Source of the DNA: Candidatus Uhrbacteria bacterium
GTDB lineage: Bacteria > Patescibacteriota > Patescibacteriia > UBA9934 > CAZDDW01
Direction of reading: 5' to 3'
NCBI GenBank assembly: GCA_043811105.1
Contig: JBDRNK010000087.1
Coordinates: 1-43,676 of the forward strand
Length of the DNA stretch: 43,676 nucleotides
A model generated the notes under the pieces. The model was not told where the DNA came from. It made no database searches and saw nothing but the letters and a program-made list of their open reading frames with translations. A program made the translations under genes and the position numbers. How positions within the stretch are numbered: the first letter of the stretch is position 1; each line of letters begins with the position of its first letter. This document shows, one piece after another, positions 19,047 through 29,273 of the stretch.

Positions 19047-20017
19047 ATCTTGGTGACTTTAATCTTTTTTAATTCTTTATTCGCTGGAATGTGTTTTAAG
19101 ATTCCGTTCTTTGCTCCGATTGAACCGATTACAGATTGAGCATTTAAAGTCGCTACCCGCATCGCTTCCGGAATGTTTTTACCTTTGATCAAAGCAGAAA
19201 CAAATCCGGAACCGTAAGCATCACCGGCTCCGGTTCGTGAAACGACTTTTGATTTGCTTGCCTTGGCAAACCAATGTTCATCTCCCAAGCAAGCATAGCT
19301 ACCGTTGGCTCCGTCGGTGATAAGTAAAATCAGATTATATTTGGTAAAGGCACGAGCGATTTCTTTGATCTCTTTTTTGCCGGTCAGAGTCGAGGCTTCT
19401 TCCAGATTCATGTTAAGAATCGACAACATTGGCAAAAGCGGAATAAAGGCGCGCCAGCCTTTAGCAATTTCTTTCATTCCTGGGTTGTAAGCAACCTGAA
19501 TATTTTTTTTGTATGCTTCTTTGATTATTTTTTTTGCCAAAGTCAAGTTGCCGCCCAAAGAAGTTAGATACAACCAGTTGGCCTTGAGTTTGTTCCAGGG
19601 AATATCTTTGGCAGAGAAAGTGGCTGAGACTCCACGGTGAACCAGAACAGTGCGCTGACCAGTTGGTGCGGTTAGTAAAACAGAATAAGCCGTGTCGCCA
19701 CCTTTGACTGTTCGGATTAAATCAGTCTTAATTTTATATTTAGTTAGTTCTTCGATCAGGCCGCGGCCTGGAGAATCATCTCCGACACGAGCGATTGTAG
19801 CTGTATCAAAACCAAGTGAAGCAAAAGTTGCTGCCGCATTGGTCGCTCCGCCGCCCGTGGTTAAAACTTTTTGATCAATCTCAATTTTTGAACCAAGATT
19901 AACACACTCTAGAGCACCGGTTTTAGATTTGTCCGAGCGAATTATTTTAATATCTTTGGATATTAGGAAAACATCGCGAGTTGCGGATCCAATAGTGATT
20001 ACATCGGGCATACACAA
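19043..20017 (-). CDS. PfkB-family carbohydrate kinase
   Basis: GGGATNAA and the C-terminal TGAGDAYGSGFVSAL motif. Confidence 0.8.
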   Translation of the reverse strand: MCMPDVITIGSATRDVFLISKDIKIIRSDKSKTGALECVNLGSKIEIDQKVLTTGGGATNAAATFASLGFDTATIARVGDDSPGRGLIEELTKYKIKTDLIRTVKGGDTAYSVLLTAPTGQRTVLVHRGVSATFSAKDIPWNKLKANWLYLTSLGGNLTLAKKIIKEAYKKNIQVAYNPGMKEIAKGWRAFIPLLPMLSILNMNLEEASTLTGKKEIKEIARAFTKYNLILLITDGANGSYACLGDEHWFAKASKSKVVSRTGAGDAYGSGFVSALIKGKNIPEAMRVATLNAQSVIGSIGAKNGILKHIPANKELKKIKVTKI

Positions 20018-20937
20018 GTATCTTTTTTATTCTTAGCATTTTCCCGCCAGAGATTAATAAAACGTAGATAGTTCTGAGAGATCTGTTCAACTGCTTCAGC
20101 TCTTTTTATTTTTTTGTCCCGATAATCTTCAAGTGGTTTGAAAAAGATGGTTCGTCCGATGGCAAAGCCATTAACTAGTCCGGTCGAGGCCGCGGTCTTA
20201 ATCCAAAGATCAACCTGTTCTTTATCACCACCACGACCAAGGACAATGATACTAACCGCACGACGTTTCCGTTCTCCCCTGATGGCTTTTGATATCATCT
20301 CCCAATCTTTTTTGGTTTCCACACCTGTAATTTTCCAAACGTCTGGCTCGATTCCAGCCTGGTGCATTTCTTGAACTATTTTTACCATCAGGCCGGGTCT
20401 GGTCTTTTGGTCAAATCGATGTTGATCTCCTTTGGCTTTTTTGAGTTGACTTTCTGTGGGCGGTATTAAAACTTCCAGCATAAAGCGCTGGGCATTCTTT
20501 TCACAGAAGTCACTCAGTCTTTTAAGTCGTTTTAGTTGAACAACATTATCGGCCTTATTTGCTGGATTGTATCGAACCAAAGCTTTGGCGAAAGTTGGCT
20601 CGTACTTAATAAGTTCGTGGCCAAACTGATTTCCAAACTGAAAATTAAAAATCTTTTTTCCACTTGCCTCTACCGGCATGGCAAAATTATATTGTTTCTT
20701 TTTTACATCCTTTAGAATTGAACTTCCGAATTCTTGGTCAACTAACAACCCTAAACAAGAAGAGCAATGAGCCTGTTTCATTGCCAGTTCGTATGCATCA
20801 AAGACTATTTTTTTGTACCTTGTTACTTGTACCTTGTCCTTTTCCTTCACTGGATATCCAAAATCCAACAATTTTTGAGCAAAAGTCGAACGATGATCAA
20901 AAGGCAAGATATAAAGTGGGCAAACGTATCCTTTCAT
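19999..20937 (-). CDS. class I aldolase-like protein (LacD/DUF2090 family)
   Basis: ILPFDHRSTF, MLEVLIPP and PDVWKITG resemble the tagatose-bisphosphate-aldolase/DUF2090 family. Function not certain. Confidence 0.5.
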   Translation of the reverse strand: MKGYVCPLYILPFDHRSTFAQKLLDFGYPVKEKDKVQVTRYKKIVFDAYELAMKQAHCSSCLGLLVDQEFGSSILKDVKKKQYNFAMPVEASGKKIFNFQFGNQFGHELIKYEPTFAKALVRYNPANKADNVVQLKRLKRLSDFCEKNAQRFMLEVLIPPTESQLKKAKGDQHRFDQKTRPGLMVKIVQEMHQAGIEPDVWKITGVETKKDWEMISKAIRGERKRRAVSIIVLGRGGDKEQVDLWIKTAASTGLVNGFAIGRTIFFKPLEDYRDKKIKRAEAVEQISQNYLRFINLWRENAKNKKDTCVCPM

Positions 20938-20938
20938 A

Positions 20939-21907
20939 TTATAATTGTTTCGGTATTATTGTTTTATGTTTTTTCAAACGAGTATTGATTTTACCTCGTG
21001 TCAGTAGGCCGGGTTGTGGTCCAACATATTGAATTACTGAAGCTGAATTAGCGTTACCCCAACGCACAGCTTCACCGACCTCCTTGTTGGCTAAAAGTGC
21101 CCCTAAGAAACCGGCAGCAAAAGAGTCACCGGCCCCGGTCATTTCCTTGACCTTGGCTGGAAAAACCTGGCAATGAGTGGTGTGAATTCCGTTGAAAACA
21201 TAAGTTCCATTAGCCCCATCGGTAATGACCACGATTTCTGGACCAAGTTTCCATAATCGGTGGATCAGGTATTCAATTCCATCTTTGCGAGTGTTATTGG
21301 CCAAGGCCTTGGCTTCATTTTTATTAACAATCAGCAGGTCGGTTTCGGAAATCAAATCAAAAAGGATTTGTTTCTTTTCACTTAGTTGTATTGCCCCGGG
21401 ATTAATTGCCAATTTTACCCCATCTTTTTTAATGTAATCAATAACTTGTTGATACATTTCTTCATAACGGTTCCCTAATTCACCGATGTATATCCATTCA
21501 GGTTTTTGTATTTTCGGTAGATGATAATGAAAAGGCTGGTGGCTGGCCAGGATTGTTCGTTCACCTTGATAATTAATTACCGCTGAGTAACTTGAGGGCA
21601 TACCTGGTTTGGTTTCAATATACTGTGTATCTACTTTTTCATCTTGAAGTTTTGCATATGCCAAGACAGTGGTATCATCTCCACCCATTACACTATAGAT
21701 TGCTGTTTTGTATCCTAAACGAGAAACACCAACAGCCACATTCGGAGCACTGCCGGCGATTTGTTCTTCAAAATCTGTAACTGGGATTTTGGCGCCATAA
21801 GCCAAACTTAGCCAGCCTTCGCGTTTTAGAAGTTTGGTTTTTTTGCTTGGAGGAAGGGTGACGAAAGTATCAAGTTTGATATCGCCGATGGTGATTAGAT
21901 CGTACAT
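20939..21907 (-). CDS. PfkB-family carbohydrate kinase
   Basis: C-terminal TGAGDSFAAGFLGALL motif. Confidence 0.8.
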   Translation of the reverse strand: MYDLITIGDIKLDTFVTLPPSKKTKLLKREGWLSLAYGAKIPVTDFEEQIAGSAPNVAVGVSRLGYKTAIYSVMGGDDTTVLAYAKLQDEKVDTQYIETKPGMPSSYSAVINYQGERTILASHQPFHYHLPKIQKPEWIYIGELGNRYEEMYQQVIDYIKKDGVKLAINPGAIQLSEKKQILFDLISETDLLIVNKNEAKALANNTRKDGIEYLIHRLWKLGPEIVVITDGANGTYVFNGIHTTHCQVFPAKVKEMTGAGDSFAAGFLGALLANKEVGEAVRWGNANSASVIQYVGPQPGLLTRGKINTRLKKHKTIIPKQL

Positions 21908-21942
21908 AAGAAACTAAGAAATTAAGAAAATATGTTCAGTGC

Positions 21943-23028
21943 TTATTTTATTATTTTTTTATTTTTTGATTTTTTTATTAATACTCGGTGCACCGCTTTT
22001 ACAATATGCGGTGCGGTTAGTCCAAAATAGTTAAGTAATTTTTCAGGCGATCCGGATTGTCCAAAGCTGTCATCGATACCGATTCGTTCAAAAGGGGTGG
22101 GGCAGCAGTCACAAAGCACTTCAGCTACTGCACTACCAAGCCCTCCAGCAATCATATGTTCTTCTGCGGTAACAATTGCTCCAGTTTCGCTAGCGGCTTT
22201 AATAATTGCTTTGGTATCAATCGGTTTGATCGTATGCAAGTTGATTACCCGAGCATCTATGTTTTCGCTTCGAAGTTGTTCTGCTGCTTTCAGTGCTTCG
22301 TAAACGATCGGGCCACAGGCGATGATGGTTACATCTTTGCCTTTTCGTAAAGTTTCTGCGCGTCCGATTTTGAATGGGGTGGCTTTGGTTGTAAAAACCG
22401 GAGAAGCAGCTCGAGTAAATCTGATATAAACCGGACCTTTGATTTTAGCCGCAGCGACGGTTGCTTTCTTTGTTTCAATGGCGTCGCAAGGAACCAAGAC
22501 AGTCATGTTTGGTAGGGTTCGCATTAAGGCGATGTCTTCTAGCATTTGGTGAGTTGCACCATCAGGTCCAACTGATACTCCGGCATGTGCTCCCGCAATC
22601 TTAACATTTGTTTCAGACAAAGCAATACAAGTACGAATTTGTTCATAATTTCGTCCAGGACTAAATGCGGCATAGCTTGAGATAAATGGTACTTTGCCAG
22701 CTAATGCCATTCCAGCACCCATGGCTGCTAGTAATTGCTCATGAACTCCCAGTTGTACAAAGCGGTCCGGAAAAGCTACTTTAAAATCTTCGCAACGAGT
22801 GGACTCAGTTAGATCAGCACAAAGGACAACTACATTTTTATCGCGTCGTCCAGCCTCAACCAACCCTTCGCCATATCCGTTGCGGGTTGGAACCATTTTG
22901 ATTTTTGGATCAAATAATTTAGATTTCAATTTTGCTTGTGGGTTTATAGACATATTTCCTAGCCGCTTTAGCGGCGTTTGAGTTTCAGACCGGATCAGAT
23001 ATCCGTTAGAAGAATTTTTCCCAGCCAT
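21943..23028 (-). CDS. transketolase, C-terminal (pyrimidine-binding) subunit
   Basis: TRNGYGEGL...FVQLGVHEQLLAAMGAGMALAG...HAGVSVGPDGATHQ. The true start may be an internal Met (MSINPQ...). Confidence 0.85.
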   Translation of the reverse strand: MAGKNSSNGYLIRSETQTPLKRLGNMSINPQAKLKSKLFDPKIKMVPTRNGYGEGLVEAGRRDKNVVVLCADLTESTRCEDFKVAFPDRFVQLGVHEQLLAAMGAGMALAGKVPFISSYAAFSPGRNYEQIRTCIALSETNVKIAGAHAGVSVGPDGATHQMLEDIALMRTLPNMTVLVPCDAIETKKATVAAAKIKGPVYIRFTRAASPVFTTKATPFKIGRAETLRKGKDVTIIACGPIVYEALKAAEQLRSENIDARVINLHTIKPIDTKAIIKAASETGAIVTAEEHMIAGGLGSAVAEVLCDCCPTPFERIGIDDSFGQSGSPEKLLNYFGLTAPHIVKAVHRVLIKKSKNKKIIK

Positions 23029-23057
23029 CTCTGATGGCGTCTGATATCAGTACGGGA

Positions 23058-23954
23058 CTAAAGTCCCTGAGAATTCAGTGACTTCAAGGCCTTTTTCAAC
23101 TCCTCACCCTCCCTTGGTGGCTTACCGTGCCAGAGATGATCGTTTTCCATAAAATCAACACCTTTGCCTGGAATGGTGTGGCAGATAATAATTGTCGGAC
23201 GTTCCTGAATAGATTTGGCTTCACCTACCGCGTCAACAAATTCACGAATGTTGTGCCCATCGACTTCAATCACGTGCCAGTTAAAGGCTTCGAACTTATC
23301 GCGCAATGGTTCTAACGGACAAACATCCTCAGTGTTGCCATCGATCTGAATGTTGTTGCGATCTAGAACCACTGTCAGATTGTTCAGTCCGAATTTTGGT
23401 GCAACCAAGAAAGCCTCCCAATCGATCCCGCACTCAAGCTCTCCATCGCTGATAAAACAATAAGTGTGCCAGCGAGCTTTGTCCATCTTGGCCACCAAGG
23501 CACAGCCAACCGCTTGAGCGATTCCATCACCAAGAGGGCCTGAGGTGTTTTCAATTCCAGGTAAACGAGTTCGTTCAGGATGTCCCTGCAGTCGAGATCC
23601 GAACTGGCGAAGAGTGTCGAGTTCTTTGATCGGAAAATATCCAGCATGAGCCATGCATACGTATTGAACCGGGCAGTAGTGTCCGGCAGACAAGAACAAG
23701 CGGTCACGCTTTTTCCAATCAGGGTTCTTTGGATCATGTTTAAGGACATGAAAATAAAAAGCAGTCCAGATGTCAGCTGAGCCCAAAGGACCAGCCGAAT
23801 GACCGCTTCCAGCCTTGGCCAGCATTTTCATCATATCAATCCGAATTTCATGTGCTTTAGCCTCAAGTTGTTTTAGCTTGTTGTCGTGCATACCCGGCAG
23901 TAAAACTTTAAACTTTTTATATGTGGCTTGTTTACGAACCAAGCTAAAAACCAA
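23058..23954 (-). CDS. transketolase, N-terminal (TPP-binding) subunit
   Basis: GSGHSAGPLGSADIW, GHPE and FISDGELECG motifs. The likelier start is ATG at 23891 (MHDNKLKQ...). Confidence 0.85.
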   Translation of the reverse strand: MVFSLVRKQATYKKFKVLLPGMHDNKLKQLEAKAHEIRIDMMKMLAKAGSGHSAGPLGSADIWTAFYFHVLKHDPKNPDWKKRDRLFLSAGHYCPVQYVCMAHAGYFPIKELDTLRQFGSRLQGHPERTRLPGIENTSGPLGDGIAQAVGCALVAKMDKARWHTYCFISDGELECGIDWEAFLVAPKFGLNNLTVVLDRNNIQIDGNTEDVCPLEPLRDKFEAFNWHVIEVDGHNIREFVDAVGEAKSIQERPTIIICHTIPGKGVDFMENDHLWHGKPPREGEELKKALKSLNSQGL

Positions 23955-24137
23955 CAGCGGTTGGTGTGCTTAGCAGCCTTTCCAAACTACACCCGACAAC
24001 TAAATATTTAAAGTTTTCCTGCCGGGCATAACATTCCTATTTTAGCACAAATCGTGAATTTTTCTAAGCCAGTTTATCTGGCGTCCGAATTCACTCCGGA
24101 CATAAAGTCCGTTTGAAGTATATTAAAGAACTAAAAA

Positions 24138-24239
24138 GCGGGGTCATCCCCCTACGCTCCTATCGGAGCTTCGGAGGACAGGAGTGACCCCGCTTATATT
24201 TTGTCTGACCATGACAAGCTTACGCTTGTCGGTCCCTAC
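24138..24239. repeat. REP-like cluster: R3 nested in a hairpin, plus R1
   Basis: gcggggtca[ccccctacgctcctatcggagcttcggaggacagg]tgaccccgc at 24138-24193. R1 (minus orientation) at 24212-24239 abuts the stop of the adjacent gene. Confidence 0.65.
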
Positions 24240-25045
24240 TATTCAACAATAATCGTTCCGGTGTTGCTTGGATCGTAACTGTCAAAGTAAGTATATGTTC
24301 CAGCTTCGTTGAATCTCTTAATATATTTTACACCTTCAGCCATAGTTCCGGATCCCCAAGTTAAATCATCAGAAGTTACTGTATGGCTTTCGCTATCCAG
24401 ATTGTCCCAACGAACATTGCTACCAGCACTAATGGTTACTTCAATATCAGAATATCCAGCACTGGAAACATCAATATCAGCTGGGGCAACTAAACTCTTG
24501 TCAGTATTGATAGTTGGTGAAGCAGTGGCAACAGCCTCCATATTATAATCAGCAGTTGAATTTACAGTTTGACCACTGACTGAATAGTTAGCCCAGAAAC
24601 CATCAGGAATATCATCAATATGAGTATTCCAGTCACTGCCGTATAGTGCTACTGCTGCAGATTCAGAACCAACATGATGGAGACTGCCACCCTTATCAAT
24701 TACATAAGTGTCTGGTGCACTATTTACTTTAACCATGCGTGAACCTGGTTTGTAGGTTACATTACCACCGATCTGAATTGTTGTTAGATCAGCATCAGAA
24801 ACCCATTTAACATCATCGAAATTGTCATACCAAGTGAAATAAGCTTTGTCATTTGGAAAGACGTATCGAGTTCCGTCAACGGAATAGTAATAAACAGCCG
24901 GGAAAGTTTCGCCTCGAATTAAGTCTCCTGATGAAAGAGAGTCAACCGAGACCATACTATTAGCGCGTACTGCATTAAGATTGTAGGCACCAAAACCGAA
25001 GGCGATGCCTAGAACGAGAAGAGCGATAAAAAGTCGCTTTGTCAT
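24239..25045 (-). CDS. secreted protein with a C-terminal cupredoxin-like segment (no obvious Cu ligands)
   Basis: Signal peptide MTKRLFIALLVLGIAFGFGAY. C-terminal SHTVTSDD...GTYTYFDSYDPSNTGTIIVE. Confidence 0.5.
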   Translation of the reverse strand: MTKRLFIALLVLGIAFGFGAYNLNAVRANSMVSVDSLSSGDLIRGETFPAVYYYSVDGTRYVFPNDKAYFTWYDNFDDVKWVSDADLTTIQIGGNVTYKPGSRMVKVNSAPDTYVIDKGGSLHHVGSESAAVALYGSDWNTHIDDIPDGFWANYSVSGQTVNSTADYNMEAVATASPTINTDKSLVAPADIDVSSAGYSDIEVTISAGSNVRWDNLDSESHTVTSDDLTWGSGTMAEGVKYIKRFNEAGTYTYFDSYDPSNTGTIIVE

Positions 25046-25113
25046 ATAACCTTTTTTTAATTTTGAATATAAATTTACTCGATGGCTATTATACCACAGA
25101 AGGTTTTTTTGAT

Positions 25114-25800
25114 CTAGATCACATTTATTGCTAACTCTTGCAACTTTCTGATTGAGTCCACAGGGTCGTTCGTTTCAAAAATAGCGCTACCAATATTTAA
25201 TCGACCGACACCGTGGCGCACAAATTCAGGCAAAGTTTCAAGATCAACACCGCCGTCAGCCCCTAAAATGATATTTGGATATCGGTCGTGGATGCGTTGA
25301 ATTTTTTCAAAAATCACTGTGTCGCTGATTCCACACCTGGAATCACCCAACCCTTGTCCACTAACCCCTGGATGAACGCCCATGACTAATATTTCATCAA
25401 GATGTTCAATAATATGATGGATTTCGTCGATCGGTGTTTCCGGATTCAAAGCAATTCCTGCCTCCAGTTTGGCGTTTTGGTGAATCAGCTCAATCAGCGT
25501 CCCAAGCGGTCGATCAAGTTCAGCGTGAATTATTGCTCGAACAGTGCCGGGAACATGCTTTGCCCAAGCATCAATAATCGGTAAAGGGTTTTCAACCATT
25601 AAATGAAGTTCGAAACGAAGATTAGTTTTGTATGAACCAACAACCTCTGGATCAAACCAGCTTGATTGGTTAAACATTGAACCATCAAGAATATCCACCT
25701 GAACAGTATGGACATGTTGTTCAACTAAAGCCAAACGTTGCTCAAATTCGCTTTGAGTATTAACCAAGATTGTTGGAATGATTTCAATGTTTGCAATCAT
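25114..25800 (-). CDS. rpe: ribulose-phosphate 3-epimerase-like
   Basis: VDILDGSMF, LHLMVENP and GADGGV motifs. Confidence 0.7.
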   Translation of the reverse strand: MIANIEIIPTILVNTQSEFEQRLALVEQHVHTVQVDILDGSMFNQSSWFDPEVVGSYKTNLRFELHLMVENPLPIIDAWAKHVPGTVRAIIHAELDRPLGTLIELIHQNAKLEAGIALNPETPIDEIHHIIEHLDEILVMGVHPGVSGQGLGDSRCGISDTVIFEKIQRIHDRYPNIILGADGGVDLETLPEFVRHGVGRLNIGSAIFETNDPVDSIRKLQELAINVI

Positions 25801-26257
25801 ATTCTTCGTTTTCTATTTCTTTCACTTTTTCCAAACGACGCTTATGTCGATCTGCACCGCTAAATTCCGTTTCCAACCACTTGAGGACAATTTCCTCAAC
25901 CTCTTTTTCAGACAGTATTCTTCCGGGCAAACACAGAACATTGGCATCATCATCGGTCTTGCTGGTTTCTGCAGCATATTCGGAAAAGCCGACCGCGGCT
26001 CGAATTCCTTTGACTTTGTTGGTCACAATACAAATTCCTTGAGCATTGCCACAGGAAACAATTCCAACACTGCCCGGGTCAGATACTACTCGTTTGGCTA
26101 CAGCATGGCCGAAATCCGGGTAATCATCATCATCAACCAGATTTTGGTTACCCATATCTACTACCGGATATTTCTTTTTTTCCAGAACTTTTTTGACTTT
26201 TTCCTTGGCTTCCCAGCCTGCATGATCGGCTCCAAGATAAATAGTTGGTTTTTTCAT
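25784..26257 (-). CDS. rpiB: ribose-5-phosphate isomerase B (RpiB/LacAB family)
   Basis: IYLGADHAGWEAK...GIVSCGNAQGICIVTNKVKGIRAA. Confidence 0.85.
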   Translation of the reverse strand: MKKPTIYLGADHAGWEAKEKVKKVLEKKKYPVVDMGNQNLVDDDDYPDFGHAVAKRVVSDPGSVGIVSCGNAQGICIVTNKVKGIRAAVGFSEYAAETSKTDDDANVLCLPGRILSEKEVEEIVLKWLETEFSGADRHKRRLEKVKEIENEEYDCKH

Positions 26258-26335
26258 ATGATATTATTATAACAAATCTAGCTTGATTTAGCTTGCTAAT
26301 CCTGGTAGCATGTCAATCATAACTATATATATCAT

Positions 26336-29218
26336 ATGTCAGACGGAAGATCTAATTTTCCCAAAATGGAAGAGGAAATACTCAAGTTTTGGGAAGCAGA
26401 AAAGATTTTTGAAAAAACTTTATCTAAGGATTCGCCTCAGGGTGAATTTGTTTTTTATGAAGGGCCACCAACAGCTAACGGTAAGCCAGGAATTCATCAT
26501 GTTGAGGCTCGGGCGTTTAAAGACATTATTCCTCGCTACAAAACTATGTGTGGCTATCACGTCGGACGCAAGGGTGGTTGGGATACTCAAGGGTTGCCGG
26601 TTGAATTGGAAGTGGAAAAGCAGTTAGGTTTGTCTTGTCGGAAAGAGGTTGAGGAGTATGGGATAAAGGAATACAACGAAAAGTGTAAAGAAAGTGTTTG
26701 GAAATATTTAGATCAATGGATTGGTATGACCAAACGAATTGCTTATTGGTTGGATATTGATAATGCATACATTACTTATAAACCAGAATACATTGAGAGT
26801 TTGTGGTGGATTATTAAGCAGGTATGGGAACGTGATCTGTTGTATCAAGATTATAAAGTCTTGCCATACTGTACACGTTGTGGAACTTCTTTGTCTTCGC
26901 ACGAAGTTGCACAAGGATATAAAGAAGTTGAGGATCCTGCTGTCTACATTAAATTCAAAGTAAAGGATCATGCCGACACTTTTTTGGTGGCTTGGACAAC
27001 AACACCTTGGACCTTGATTTCAAATACTGCTTTGGCTGTTGGTCAAGATGTTGATTACGTAAAAGTCAAACAAGGTAATGAATTTTTGTGGCTGGCGCGT
27101 TCGCGAGCTGAAGCAGCTCTTGGTGCTGATTTTGAAATTATTGAAGAAGTGAAAGGGTCTGAATTGTTAGGAGTTGAGTACGAGCCGTTGTTTCCGTATT
27201 GGGAAGAAGCACGACAAGCAGCCGGGATTGAAGGTAAGGCACATTATGTGGTGGCTGCGGATTTTGTTTCTACAGAAGATGGTTCGGGAATCGTTCATAC
27301 AGCCGTGATGTATGGTGCTGAAGACTTTGAACTTGGAAATGAGATCGGCTTGCCGAAATTTCACATGATTGCTCCTGACGGGAAGTTTATTGAAGGTTCA
27401 GGGCCATTTACTGGGGTTTATGTAAAAAAAGCTGATGCTGGTATCACTGAAGACCTTCGAACTCGCGGTCTGTTACTCAAAGAAGAAAAAATTACACACA
27501 CATATCCATTTTGCTGGCGTTGTAAGTCTCCGTTGATTTATTACGCCATGGATTCTTGGTATATTCGCATGTCTTCTTTGCGCGACAAATTATTAACTGA
27601 GAATGACAAGATCCATTGGGAGCCGGATCATATTAAAGACGGCCGATTTGGTGAATGGTTACGAGAGGTTAAGGATTGGGCTTTTTCACGTTCACGTTAC
27701 TGGGGTACACCATTGCCGGTTTGGTGTTGTGAGTGTGGTCACATGGACTGTATCGGATCCTACGAGGAACTCAAGGACAAAGCCAAACAAGATCTTGATT
27801 TGGAAAATTTTGATCCGCATCGACCTTTTGTTGATGACTACACTATTGAATGTCCAAAGTGTCAGAAAGAAATGCATCGAGTCGAAGATGTGTGTGACGT
27901 TTGGTTTGATTCCGGTTGCATGCCTTTTGCCCAATGGCACTATCCATTTGAAAATAAAGAGTTGATTGATTCTGGTCAGCAGTTTCCTGGTGATTATATT
28001 TCAGAAGCGATTGATCAGACTCGTGGATGGTTCTACACTTTGCACGCTGTAGGTATTCTTCTTGATAAGGGCTTGGTTTACAAAAATTGTATTTGTCTTG
28101 GACATTTACTCGATGCTAAGGGCAAGAAGATGTCTAAGTCAATTGGTAATGTGGTTGAACCAATGGAGCAAATTGATAAGTATGGAGCTGATGCTGTGCG
28201 TTGGTGGATGTATACAGTTAATCAGCCGGGTGAATCTAAGAATTATGATGAGCGCGATGTTGATACGATTGTGAAAAAAGTATTTAACATTCTTTGGAAC
28301 GTTAAGACTTTTTATCAGATGTATGAACAGAAGTATGGTGTTTCGGATGGGAATGACACCCGCAAGTGTGTCAACATTCTTGACCAATGGATTTTATCTC
28401 GACTGAATAGCCTTATTGCTGATTCAACCAAATGGTTGGATGGTTACAAAGTAACTGAACCGGCTCGGGCAATTGCTGATTTTGTTACGGACCTATCAAC
28501 CTGGTATGTTCGTCGCAGTCGTGATCGATTTAAGAGTGAGAATGAGCGGGTTCGGACAGAAGCCATGGTTACCTTGCGGCATTGTTTGATTGAAGTAACA
28601 AAATTAATGGCTCCGTTTACTCCGTTTATTTCTGAGGATATTTATCGACAAATCGGTGGAGAAAAACAATCGGTTCATCTTGAAGATTGGCCAGTGGCTG
28701 ATGAAAAGTTGATTAACCAGGATCTGCTTGATCAAATGGATCAAGTGCGTCGAGTGGTTTCTGAAGCTTTAAAACAGCGTGAAGAAAAACAGTTGGCGGT
28801 TAAGCAACCGTTGGCAAAAGCAACTGTTCGTGGCATGAAAGCTCTCGACGATAGTTTACTTGAGTTGATCAAAGACGAAGTTAATATCAAAGAAGTTGTT
28901 TTTGCCACTGCTGGAGATTTTGCTGTTGAACTTGATACAGAGTTGACTCCGGAACTAAAACGCGAAGGCTATGTGCGAGAAATTGTGCGCAAGGTCAATG
29001 GGTTGCGCAAAGAAGCCGGTCTGACTATTGAAGATTCGATTGAGTTGTATGTTGTTAGCGATGCTGAACAGGTTCAGCTGACTTTACAAGAGCACCAAGA
29101 AGCAATCTTGTCCGGCACTTTGGCCAAAGAATTAAAAACAGAAAAAACCAATCTTGAACATTCGACAGATCTGAAATTGGGAGACGAACCTGTTTGGATA
29201 GCTATCAAAAAAATGTAG
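26336..29218 (+). CDS. ileS: isoleucine--tRNA ligase
   Basis: 960 aa. PPTANGKPGIHH (HIGH region), KMSKS, and a CP1 editing-domain-sized insertion. Confidence 0.95.
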   Translation: MSDGRSNFPKMEEEILKFWEAEKIFEKTLSKDSPQGEFVFYEGPPTANGKPGIHHVEARAFKDIIPRYKTMCGYHVGRKGGWDTQGLPVELEVEKQLGLSCRKEVEEYGIKEYNEKCKESVWKYLDQWIGMTKRIAYWLDIDNAYITYKPEYIESLWWIIKQVWERDLLYQDYKVLPYCTRCGTSLSSHEVAQGYKEVEDPAVYIKFKVKDHADTFLVAWTTTPWTLISNTALAVGQDVDYVKVKQGNEFLWLARSRAEAALGADFEIIEEVKGSELLGVEYEPLFPYWEEARQAAGIEGKAHYVVAADFVSTEDGSGIVHTAVMYGAEDFELGNEIGLPKFHMIAPDGKFIEGSGPFTGVYVKKADAGITEDLRTRGLLLKEEKITHTYPFCWRCKSPLIYYAMDSWYIRMSSLRDKLLTENDKIHWEPDHIKDGRFGEWLREVKDWAFSRSRYWGTPLPVWCCECGHMDCIGSYEELKDKAKQDLDLENFDPHRPFVDDYTIECPKCQKEMHRVEDVCDVWFDSGCMPFAQWHYPFENKELIDSGQQFPGDYISEAIDQTRGWFYTLHAVGILLDKGLVYKNCICLGHLLDAKGKKMSKSIGNVVEPMEQIDKYGADAVRWWMYTVNQPGESKNYDERDVDTIVKKVFNILWNVKTFYQMYEQKYGVSDGNDTRKCVNILDQWILSRLNSLIADSTKWLDGYKVTEPARAIADFVTDLSTWYVRRSRDRFKSENERVRTEAMVTLRHCLIEVTKLMAPFTPFISEDIYRQIGGEKQSVHLEDWPVADEKLINQDLLDQMDQVRRVVSEALKQREEKQLAVKQPLAKATVRGMKALDDSLLELIKDEVNIKEVVFATAGDFAVELDTELTPELKREGYVREIVRKVNGLRKEAGLTIEDSIELYVVSDAEQVQLTLQEHQEAILSGTLAKELKTEKTNLEHSTDLKLGDEPVWIAIKKM

Positions 29219-29271
29219 CGGAACCCTTTAGGGTTCCATTTCAAAATGGAAGGCTAAAGCCTTCCTCTACA
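29215..29271 (+). repeat. REP-like repeat R2 (double hairpin)
   Basis: gtagcggaaccctttagggttccat ttc aaaatggaaggctaaagccttcc tctaca. Its TAG is the ileS stop codon. Confidence 0.75.
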
Positions 29272-29273
29272 TT

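Noticed and set aside
25778-26272. The 164-aa + strand ORF (and 25791-26042 +) overlapping rpiB.
   Set aside because: It is antisense to a clearly recognisable RpiB gene, and its product is low-complexity and Phe/Ile-rich.
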